Origin: a virus
Taxonomy: Duplodnaviria; Caudoviricetes
Reading direction: 5' to 3' (one strand)
DNA length: 64,000 nt
IMG/VR virus record: IMGVR_UViG_2541048004_000003
Coordinates: 14,130 to 78,129 of that record
Of the stretch, positions 26,339 to 34,024 are shown piece by piece. Both the position numbers and the translations under genes were made by a program. Positions within the stretch are counted from its first letter, which is position 1. Each line of letters starts with the position of its first letter. The notes under the pieces were generated by a model. It was not told the DNA's origin and searched no databases. It saw only the letters and a program-made list of their open reading frames with translations.

Positions 26339-28309
26339 TTACTTAATAACTAATTGTTTGTCATTCGTTACAACGAGGTTGATTACTTGACTTTGCGTGT
26401 AGATAATCTGATTCACACTTTCGCGATTGTCGATGAAGATTGGGGCGGTGATTCCGTAGAAATTGCAAAGTGCATTGATAATATCAAGACCAGCATTTAC
26501 TTGACCTGCCGTGTTTGCGACCGTGAAAGGAACTCCATTTACAAGCGGAATGCACGTTTCAACGGGATTTTCTTTATTGGCATCTTCAATCGTGTATTCA
26601 AACAGACGGAATGTAACCATTGTGAATAGACCGTTGATGCGTTTTTCGCACTCGTCAATCTTTGCTTTTGTGAACTGCTGAACGGTATATTCTTCACGCT
26701 CTGCATCGGCGATTTGCTGGGCAAGGTCTTTTCCCTTTGCTTCAAGGTCGGCGATTTGCTTTTTGAACTGCTCAATACGTTCACGGTCTGCAAGTTTTGC
26801 TTTGACTTCATCACGATTGCGTGAAAGTTCCTTTTTACGCTCTTGATACTCGCTTGTGTCCACCTTTTCTGTTCCTGCTTCAAGGGTTGCTTCAAGGTCG
26901 GCGATTTGCTTTGTAAGGTCTGAATACTCCTTGATGTTATCGGGGATAATCTCCACTTGTTTAACCTCTGAAAGTGTTGCAAGCTGTTCTTCCAAAGCGT
27001 GAAGTTCTTCTTCCTTTACCTTTGCACCCGAAATGGCGTTATTTTTGTCCTGCTCAACCTCTGAAATGCTCTTATTGACACATTCAATTTCTGCCTTGTA
27101 AGCCTTTCCCTTTGACGTGATTTCTTCAAGGATTCCTTGCTTGTGTTTGTTGAAGTGTTCCCTTGCTTCTTCTTTCATAGATTCGGGCAACTCTTGACCA
27201 CAACAACGACACGTTGTTTCACCATTGAATTGTACTTCGTTTTCTTTGTACCACTCCGAACGTAGAGTATCAGACTTTGAAGTTAAGTCTTGTATCTGCT
27301 TATGAAGTTTTTCAAGCTGTGTATTCGCTGAATTTTCATCTTGAACATAGCCGTGAATCTCCCTCTTAACTACGTTTATTCTCTCTTGAAGTTCGCGGCG
27401 ATTAGAGTTGGCATTGAACGCTTCTTCTTTTGCCTTACTTTGAGCATCGAACAGTACTTGCTGGCGTTGGCTCTTCAATGCGTTAATCTTGCTTTGACGC
27501 TCTTGCACCGCTTCGTATTGTTGTCTTACACGCTCCGTTGCATCGTTCATAGCCTTGTCCACCTTTTCGATTTCTGCTTCAATGCGTGCAACCTCTTCTT
27601 CAAGGGTTGCAAAATCCGTCATTTCGGGCATCAACCGTTGTGTTTGGTCAATTCGTGGCTGAATCTCCGCAAGGTCTGCTTTAAGACGTTTCTTTCGTGC
27701 CGCAAGCTCGCTTTTGAAGTCCGAAAAACTCTTGCCACTAATTTTATCAAGAAGTACCGAAAATTCAGGCTTTAAATTTGCAATCTCTTGGTCTGTTACA
27801 GTGCCTGCAAGCTGGAAGAGTTGTTCACGTTGATTCTTCCAAGGCATAGAAGCAAAGAATAATGGGTTTGTTACCATCTTAAACACGCTATCATCAATGA
27901 TTGTGTTTACTCGCTTCTGATATTCGGTTACGTTTACCGGGGTTTCATTCCAATAACACTCCGTTTTGTTCCCCCTGAACACTTGTTCAACTTGACCACG
28001 TGGTTTAACCCAATCTTCCACAAATGCACGTCGCAACGTGATGTCTTCACCATCTACGTTCAAGACGCCGATAACTTCACATTCGGTTTTCATAAGTGGT
28101 TGCCCGTCCACAACCGTCTTAATGTTGAAATCCTTGCGGTCTTCTTTGTCTTTGCCGAAAAGAAGCCACATAAAGGCATCAAAGTGCCTGCTTTTTCCTA
28201 ACCCGTTCCCCCCTGAAATTGTCGTGCTGATAGGGTCAAATTGGGTTGTTCTACTACGTTCACCCCTCCAATTTGTTAGGGTCAAACTTTTGATAATAAC
28301 CTTTTTCAT
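26339..28309 (-). CDS. SMC/Rad50-like AAA ATPase
   Basis: N-terminal GGNGLGKS, long coiled coil with central CRCC, C-terminal IFIDNRES. Confidence 0.9.
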   Translation of the reverse strand: MKKVIIKSLTLTNWRGERSRTTQFDPISTTISGGNGLGKSRHFDAFMWLLFGKDKEDRKDFNIKTVVDGQPLMKTECEVIGVLNVDGEDITLRRAFVEDWVKPRGQVEQVFRGNKTECYWNETPVNVTEYQKRVNTIIDDSVFKMVTNPLFFASMPWKNQREQLFQLAGTVTDQEIANLKPEFSVLLDKISGKSFSDFKSELAARKKRLKADLAEIQPRIDQTQRLMPEMTDFATLEEEVARIEAEIEKVDKAMNDATERVRQQYEAVQERQSKINALKSQRQQVLFDAQSKAKEEAFNANSNRRELQERINVVKREIHGYVQDENSANTQLEKLHKQIQDLTSKSDTLRSEWYKENEVQFNGETTCRCCGQELPESMKEEAREHFNKHKQGILEEITSKGKAYKAEIECVNKSISEVEQDKNNAISGAKVKEEELHALEEQLATLSEVKQVEIIPDNIKEYSDLTKQIADLEATLEAGTEKVDTSEYQERKKELSRNRDEVKAKLADRERIEQFKKQIADLEAKGKDLAQQIADAEREEYTVQQFTKAKIDECEKRINGLFTMVTFRLFEYTIEDANKENPVETCIPLVNGVPFTVANTAGQVNAGLDIINALCNFYGITAPIFIDNRESVNQIIYTQSQVINLVVTNDKQLVIK

Positions 28310-28327
28310 TGTTGTATTACTTTGTTG

Positions 28328-28531
28328 TTATTTAGTTAGATAATATCCTTCCAATTCATCGCTATATGATACTATCCCCTCACATTGCAATTCCGCAATC
28401 GCCCTGCAAAAGTCACGGTATTGTAGCTCGCATTCAACGGCTTCAATGATATATTTTGTGCTATGATTGCCTTTGCTTATAGCTCTTACTATACGCTTTT
28501 TCAGCGTTTTGTACTCAATAATTTTTGCCAT
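28328..28531 (-). CDS. Small winged-helix-like hypothetical protein
   Basis: 67 aa in early operon. Confidence 0.5.
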   Translation of the reverse strand: MAKIIEYKTLKKRIVRAISKGNHSTKYIIEAVECELQYRDFCRAIAELQCEGIVSYSDELEGYYLTK

Positions 28532-28541
28532 AGTGATATTG

Positions 28542-28820
28542 TTATTTCTTCATTAGTTGCAAAGCAAGTTCAGCATCAACGGCAATCATACGCCCTGATT
28601 GTGATATTGCCTTGTCTATCTTTCCACTTGCCTTGATTCTGTTTGCGGTTGTCATTGAGCAATTGAATAGTTGAGCAATGCCAGCAATGCCATACACAAA
28701 TCTTTTTGATGGCGTGAACTCTTCGTCTTCCTTGGATAATCGTTGGAATACATCAAACAAGACATCTGCAAACTCTCCTATTGACATATCAATTACTCGT
28801 TTGTTCGGGTTGTCAATCAT
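28542..28820 (-). CDS. Excisionase-like protein (DUF3853-like)
   Basis: YGIAGIAQLFNCSMTTANRIKASGKIDKAISQSGR. Confidence 0.75.
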   Translation of the reverse strand: MIDNPNKRVIDMSIGEFADVLFDVFQRLSKEDEEFTPSKRFVYGIAGIAQLFNCSMTTANRIKASGKIDKAISQSGRMIAVDAELALQLMKK

Positions 28821-29041
28821 AAGTCGTCGTCTTCATCATCAGGTAAATCTGCATTCTTAATAAGCCTTGCAGCATTTCCGAAATTGATAACTACTAAAAG
28901 CCCGACAAGTATGCTTGTATCATCACCTATTCCACACACAAGGAATAACGAGATAAAGAAGTACCATACAATAAGGCGTTGCTTAGTTGTGCAGTTAGGC
29001 AAACTTGCTTCTTTCCAAATCAATTTTACTACCTCTTTCAT
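28817..29041 (-). CDS. Small membrane protein
   Basis: Two hydrophobic segments. Confidence 0.55.
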   Translation of the reverse strand: MKEVVKLIWKEASLPNCTTKQRLIVWYFFISLFLVCGIGDDTSILVGLLVVINFGNAARLIKNADLPDDEDDDL

Positions 29042-29052
29042 AATCTATCGTT

Positions 29053-29271
29053 TTAGTTTTCAGCTCCCCAGACGTCCTTTATTCCAAAATCAGCAAAAAC
29101 GCCCTCAATGGCTCTTGCTTCTGAAACCTTTGGTTCTACCTTACCATTTAATCTTGCATTCCAACTTACCCTTGTTGTTAGTCCTAATGCTGACATAATA
29201 CGTTTCTTGACTTCCGAAACGTCCTTTTGTCGGACTTGGGCAAATCCCCTCTTAAAACTGTAATCGTTCAT
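29053..29271 (-). CDS. Cro-like HTH regulator
   Basis: 72 aa, divergent from the repressor, first gene of the early operon. Confidence 0.7.
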   Translation of the reverse strand: MNDYSFKRGFAQVRQKDVSEVKKRIMSALGLTTRVSWNARLNGKVEPKVSEARAIEGVFADFGIKDVWGAEN

Positions 29272-29320
29272 ACTTCGTCAATTTTTTCGTGTTATGCTCG
29301 TTTTTTTCGGCGAAATCTTG

Positions 29321-29406
29321 TAACTTTGCCGTTTACAAGCGTGATACTCTGCCTTGTCTATACGTTAGGCGTTGCTTTACATTTGCAAAGGTACGAAATG
29401 TTTCGT
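29321..29406. promoter_or_regulatory. Lysis/lysogeny switch: face-to-face -7 boxes and operator
   Basis: TAACTTTG (+, 29321), TACCTTTG (-, 29386-29393), palindrome ACGAA-N4-TTCGT at 29393-29406. Confidence 0.6.
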
Positions 29407-29484
29407 GAAATGCAAGCGTTTTCGTGGAAATAATTCACGCAATTTTCACTGCTTAGAATACGAATTTTGATTAAAGTACTGATT

Positions 29485-29835
29485 ATGAATGAATTAGAAG
29501 TAAAAGAAATTAGAGAAAAAATGGGGCTTTCTCAGGAAAGATTTGCCAAACTTCTCGGTGTAACCGCTCGGACGGTTCAAAATTGGGAATCAGGTGGCGT
29601 GATTCCACAGACAAAACAAGAAATACTTCACGAAATGACGATTCGCCCGCAATCGTATTTCGGTGGTGAACAACAAAACGTGAATGGGAACAACATTGCT
29701 GGTAGTAATGTAACGGTTCATCAGACGGACACGGATAAACTTCTTGAACTACTTGCAAGCAAAGAAGCATCTTTGGCAAAAGCACAAGAACACATTGACC
29801 GTTTGATGGACTTAATAGAGAAAATGCAGAAATGA
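29485..29835 (+). CDS. CI-like XRE repressor
   Basis: IREKMGLSQERFAKLLGVTARTVQNWESG HTH. Confidence 0.85.
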   Translation: MNELEVKEIREKMGLSQERFAKLLGVTARTVQNWESGGVIPQTKQEILHEMTIRPQSYFGGEQQNVNGNNIAGSNVTVHQTDTDKLLELLASKEASLAKAQEHIDRLMDLIEKMQK

Positions 29836-30002
29836 GTGTGCGGGTTCTTCGGGCTTCACTTGCCCCAATAGAAATGCAGTTGCCGAAAAGTGTTTTTGAC
29901 AAGATAGAGTTGTACGACTTGAAGATTGCGCTTGGCAAACCTATCTCTGTACACATAGAATTAACCCAGCTTGAATATCAAGCAATCAAAAAACTAATAT
30001 AT

Positions 30003-30185
30003 ATGGCTACAATTCAAATTAAGGTTTCCGATTATTATGGCACACCATCTTATTACTCGGTGATGCCACGTTCTATTTTTGATGCTCTCGAAGTTGCTGC
30101 GTTGAATGGTGAAGAATACATTGATGTCGAAAAAGAACGATTTGACACAATGATTGAAGACTATAATAATAAGGTGGAGATATGA
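30003..30185 (+). CDS. Small hypothetical protein
   Basis: MATIQIKVSDYYGTPSYYSVMP; overlaps the next gene start. Confidence 0.55.
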   Translation: MATIQIKVSDYYGTPSYYSVMPRSIFDALEVAALNGEEYIDVEKERFDTMIEDYNNKVEI

Positions 30186-30814
30186 AGAAGATATTTTTTA
30201 CACTCGTTTCTATATTCTTGCTTGCTTGTTGCACTAATGTACATAATGGAAAGGTAAATTCAGGAATCAAGGAAACCAATATACAAGTTTTTCTTAATAG
30301 TTGCCTTGAAAGTAACCCTAATGCTCGAAACAATGAAATCACAAGGGGTATGCTTGCAGACACGATAAGAACACGACTTCAAGCACAAATAGGAGATACT
30401 CTTGCAATTTTATCGGGTTTGACTTTTGACTTTGAAATGTGCCTTGAATACCATCGCCGGTTTAATACATTTGAATCTGATATTGATAGAAATGCAGGAA
30501 AATATGCCGTAAAGTTTTCTACAAGCAATTTCAACAATGAAAGTATATCGTCCGATAAATTCAATGTAACGCTTCAGGTATTAACTGTAATGAATAAAGA
30601 AGATGTTGCCAACCTAAAAGACAACGGCAAATATCAAATACAAGGTACGTTTGTTGATTTTGCGAACAATTCAGAAGAAACGGGATTTCTTCTACCATCA
30701 GGTGGTTATTTCATAGACTACCCAAGCGTATTTATGGATTCATTAGATGAAGAAAAAATGATAATAAACTTGGGGACAATTATACTTGATAACATCAAAT
30801 TAAAACCGATGTGA
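30182..30814 (+). CDS. Lipoprotein (lysogenic cargo)
   Basis: Signal peptide II MKKIFFTLVSIFLLACC. Confidence 0.75.
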   Translation: MKKIFFTLVSIFLLACCTNVHNGKVNSGIKETNIQVFLNSCLESNPNARNNEITRGMLADTIRTRLQAQIGDTLAILSGLTFDFEMCLEYHRRFNTFESDIDRNAGKYAVKFSTSNFNNESISSDKFNVTLQVLTVMNKEDVANLKDNGKYQIQGTFVDFANNSEETGFLLPSGGYFIDYPSVFMDSLDEEKMIINLGTIILDNIKLKPM

Positions 30815-30818
30815 ACCT

Positions 30819-31103
30819 ATGAAAAAGACCATCAACCCACAAGTGTTAGATATTCAAAGGCGCTTTTTTGAAGCCATTTCCTTGGCAAAGTCGTTGGGCA
30901 AAACAACGGGCTTGAAGTCTTTTTGTGAAGCCCATAATTTGAACCTTGTAAAATACTATCGAATCAAGGGGGATTTGGGTAAACCTATCGAAGAAATGCA
31001 CTACAAGGCAATAGACATAGATGCCTTGTTGTATGTATGTCGTGATTTCGGTGTTTCCCCTGATTGGTTGTTGCTCGGTCGTGGTAAATTAGATATACAT
31101 TAG
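30819..31103 (+). CDS. HTH-like hypothetical protein
   Basis: C-terminal DFGVSPDWLLLGRG, XRE-like. Confidence 0.65.
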   Translation: MKKTINPQVLDIQRRFFEAISLAKSLGKTTGLKSFCEAHNLNLVKYYRIKGDLGKPIEEMHYKAIDIDALLYVCRDFGVSPDWLLLGRGKLDIH

Positions 31104-31108
31104 ACGCT

Positions 31109-32377
31109 ATGTTTATCAAACGTATAGTAAAATTCATTCTGCATAAACGAAAGCCGGGCGAAACAACGTCCCTTGCTATCCGTATGCGTGTAACCCTAAA
31201 AGGTGAACGCCCTTTTGATTTTCCATTAGGGCGAAAGGTTGATTTGAACAAATGGAATGCAGATACGGAACGAGTGATTGAGGGAACAAGTGAAGCCGCC
31301 GAAATCAATCGTTCAATTGAAGAATACAAAACACAAATCAATGAAGTTTTCGCAAGGTTTGAACTGCTCGAAAAGCGAGTTCCGACACCACAAGAAGTAA
31401 AAGACTTGTTTAATGATATGGTAGGCAAGGCTTCCTTGATTGATGAAAATGGCAAACTCGATTTTTGGAATGTGTTTGATGTATTCACCGAACAAGTAGG
31501 GGAAAAGAACCTGTGGACGGATTCGACATTTCAAAAGTTCAGAACATTACGACACCACCTTAAATCATTTGCGCCAACATTATCTTTCCCCTCTTTGACG
31601 GAAGAAAAGTTGCAAGACCTTGTTGCATATTACTACAAAAAGGACTTTCGCAATACAACAATTTCAAAGCAACTATCGTTCTTGCGTTGGTTCTTGCGTT
31701 GGGCGGCTCAAAAAGGGTATTACAATGGAGATTTGCACGAAACATTCAAGCCTAAACTAAAAGGAATTTCCGTTGATTCAAGGGAAATCATTTATCTTTC
31801 ACAAGATGAATTGAAGCAACTTCAAGATTTCCACTTCCAACCGATGCAAGAAGCACTTGAACGTGTCCGGGACGTGTTCTTGTTTCAATGCTTCACGGGG
31901 CTTAGATATTCAGATGTTGCCAAATTGAAGCGTTCTGATGTGAAGAAGGGTGTTGTTCACGTTGTAACAAAAAAGACCGTTGATGGGCTTAGAATTGAGC
32001 TGAACAAGCATTCACAAGCAATCATTGACAAGTATATTGATTGCAATTTCCCCGGTGATAAGGTCTTGCCCGTGATTTCAAATGAAAAAATGAATGCGCA
32101 CCTTAAAACCCTTGGTCAAGTTGTCGGTCTTGACGAGCCAACAAGGATTGTTTACTTCAAGGGCAATAAGCGATATGAAGAAGTATATCCGAAATGGTAT
32201 CTTCTTACTACACACGTTGCACGTCGTACATTCGTAGTAACAGCGTTGCAATTGGGAATCCCCGTTGAAGTTATTATGCGTTGGACGGGACATTCAAACT
32301 TTGAAGCGATGAAGCCTTATGCAAAGATAGTGGACGAACTGAAAGAAAAATCAATGTCAAAGTTCGATGCTCTTTGA
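31109..32377 (+). CDS. int: Tyrosine integrase, NBU2 IntN2-like
   Basis: Arm-binding N-terminus IRMRVT; catalytic TGLRYSD, K, HVARRTF, GHS, Y. Confidence 0.95.
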   Translation: MFIKRIVKFILHKRKPGETTSLAIRMRVTLKGERPFDFPLGRKVDLNKWNADTERVIEGTSEAAEINRSIEEYKTQINEVFARFELLEKRVPTPQEVKDLFNDMVGKASLIDENGKLDFWNVFDVFTEQVGEKNLWTDSTFQKFRTLRHHLKSFAPTLSFPSLTEEKLQDLVAYYYKKDFRNTTISKQLSFLRWFLRWAAQKGYYNGDLHETFKPKLKGISVDSREIIYLSQDELKQLQDFHFQPMQEALERVRDVFLFQCFTGLRYSDVAKLKRSDVKKGVVHVVTKKTVDGLRIELNKHSQAIIDKYIDCNFPGDKVLPVISNEKMNAHLKTLGQVVGLDEPTRIVYFKGNKRYEEVYPKWYLLTTHVARRTFVVTALQLGIPVEVIMRWTGHSNFEAMKPYAKIVDELKEKSMSKFDAL

Positions 32378-32378
32378 T

Positions 32379-32427
32379 GTACACGAAAGAAAGCGTTCAA
32401 ATCAACGTACACGAATTTGTACACGAC
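32379..32427. repeat. Integrase arm-type site repeats
   Basis: GTACACGA at 32379, 32407 and 32419. Confidence 0.6.
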
Positions 32428-32532
32428 CATATAATACCAATGTGATAGTATATGATGTTATTTTTAGCCGAAAAAGCATTGTAACCCCCGATTTGGTATT
32501 GTATGAAACTATATGAAAGTAGGGTCTTGCTT

Positions 32533-32545
32533 CCTGTCTCTCCGC
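32533..32545 (+). other. att core (3' end of tRNA-Ser), right prophage boundary
   Basis: CCTGTCTCTCCGC, recalled as the 13-bp NBU2 target, about 155 bp downstream of the integrase. Confidence 0.8.
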
Positions 32546-32580
32546 TGAACTAACCGGACAAAACCGGACAAAGAACAGCC

Positions 32581-32618
32581 AAGTCCCACAAATTCAACGA
32601 TTTGTGGGACTTTTTTTA
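32581..32618 (+). terminator. Intrinsic terminator after att
   Basis: AAGTCCCACAAAT / ATTTGTGGGACTT followed by a T-run. Confidence 0.8.
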
Positions 32619-32819
32619 TCCCCTTATGTCTGCCCTACCGGACATCATTTAGCCCTTAAAAGACAAAGTTAGTAACCTAACTCGTACCCCCGACAACTGA
32701 AAGTCCAAAAGGGGTACACTTAGTCCGAAATTGGCGAACTTCTGTCGCTATTTGGCGAGTCTGTATAAGCTTCACTTTGAGCTAATTAACGTAGTTTTGT
32801 AACCTAAAAAAGTGAGTTT

Positions 32820-32834
32820 ATGAAGAGTACATTT
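32820..32834 (+). pseudogene. Possible 5' stub of an ICE-type integrase (MKSTF) interrupted by prophage B
   Basis: ATGAAGAGTACATTT after a TAGTTTTG -7 box and arm-like repeats; frame stops at codon 15. Confidence 0.4.
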
Positions 32835-32843
32835 ACAAACCGC

Positions 32844-32913
32844 AAAACCATTTGTGATGCGTAAATAAAACGATTTGTTTAGGTTTAACATCTGATAAGA
32901 CAAAACGAAATGT
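32844..32913. repeat. Three AAAAC(C/G)A(T/A)(T/A)TGT repeats, candidate transposase-binding end sites
   Basis: Copies at 32844, 32867 and 32902, just beyond the last tail gene. Confidence 0.55.
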
Positions 32914-32965
32914 GTTTTTATTTCACACGACCCACTTGTAATGGAGAATAAAAAATAATGGTTTA

Positions 32966-34024
32966 TCAACTCCGTATTCTTACTTGCCTAATAGGTACGT
33001 ACAGGCTGTTTTTATACAGTATCCCATCATCCATGATGTGTGAATCGCTGCCCGCTATGGCGCAGTATATGCTTTCCCAAGCTTCCAATAAAAAACGATG
33101 CCCCTGCTGATTGAATACAACCTCTTTGTTTCCGTTGCTCGCATTGACAATAAGTACAGAATTATCAATGTATCCATCGCATACGACTACTTTATACGTC
33201 GCATCTCCCCTAAGCCGAAACAAGTTAATGTGTTGCCCGTGATCTCCATAAAAATGCCAATTTCTGTTTATCTTCCCGGTATATATTGGGACTGTCATAT
33301 GAGCATAATATTCAAGCCGACCGGGAGTATTCGGCCATATCTCTATTGCGGAGTGCACCGCCCTTCCGAATTCCCCCCTGCACCATATATCTGAAGCGTA
33401 GAACCGGGGTAACCGACCATCTTTGGTTCCCTGATGGAATAAGTCTCCATCCGATACCCACATCTTGCCGTCACTTCCGAATTCGAGAGCTGCTAATGTC
33501 TCGCCTGCTTTATTGACACACTTAAGCTTTTTGAATGAACCGGAAACGCCCGTTAAGTCTCCGGTATAATCCGCATTACCACCGTTGAACTTAAACTTGC
33601 CTCCGCAGAGATGCCCGTCTCCGTTCTCATTAATCAAAGCGTTGAACCCGCCCGGAGCATCAGGGTTCGGACCAGCTTTGAGAACGTTTGCTTCGATGAT
33701 GGTAGCTTTCAGCGTGTCGATAAATGCCTTGTCGGAGATAAGGGTCTTGATTATAGCCTGATGTATCGCTACCTTAGTCAATGTCGAGATAGGACGCCAA
33801 TACTCCTTGTTCGTCACCTCTATACCCTCTGGCACATCCTTAATCGCTTGGTAGTACTGGAAGTTATCCTGCTCATCCTTGACGAACACCGTAGCGCCGA
33901 ACATGGAGTTACCCACATACGATTGCGTCTTGTCATGCGGAACGGGAATAGACGTCATTGGCGTAGGCTTCACATCCTCCGTATCTGATATTGTTATTGC
34001 TTTCGTCTGTATCATTGTATCCAC
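32966..34024 (-). CDS. Tail fiber / receptor-binding protein
   Basis: Last tail gene; beta-rich C-terminus. Confidence 0.6.
   Translation of the reverse strand: MDTMIQTKAITISDTEDVKPTPMTSIPVPHDKTQSYVGNSMFGATVFVKDEQDNFQYYQAIKDVPEGIEVTNKEYWRPISTLTKVAIHQAIIKTLISDKAFIDTLKATIIEANVLKAGPNPDAPGGFNALINENGDGHLCGGKFKFNGGNADYTGDLTGVSGSFKKLKCVNKAGETLAALEFGSDGKMWVSDGDLFHQGTKDGRLPRFYASDIWCRGEFGRAVHSAIEIWPNTPGRLEYYAHMTVPIYTGKINRNWHFYGDHGQHINLFRLRGDATYKVVVCDGYIDNSVLIVNASNGNKEVVFNQQGHRFLLEAWESIYCAIAGSDSHIMDDGILYKNSLYVPIRQVRIRS

Larger units (their letters stand above)
1..32545. mobile_element. Prophage A, integrase-encoding temperate siphovirus; left part outside window
   Basis: Ordered tail-head-terminase-replication-immunity-integrase modules ending at a tRNA-Ser-type att core. 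Confidence 0.95.

Noticed and set aside
29832-30002. N-terminal extension of ORF 29832..30185
   Set aside because: The protein-like part begins at ATG 30003; the upstream part looks like an open intergenic frame.
32546-32820. Treating the inter-prophage gap as ordinary host chromosome
   Set aside because: It carries arm-like repeats and an integrase-like start, so it more likely belongs to another element; host species cannot be fixed from this window.
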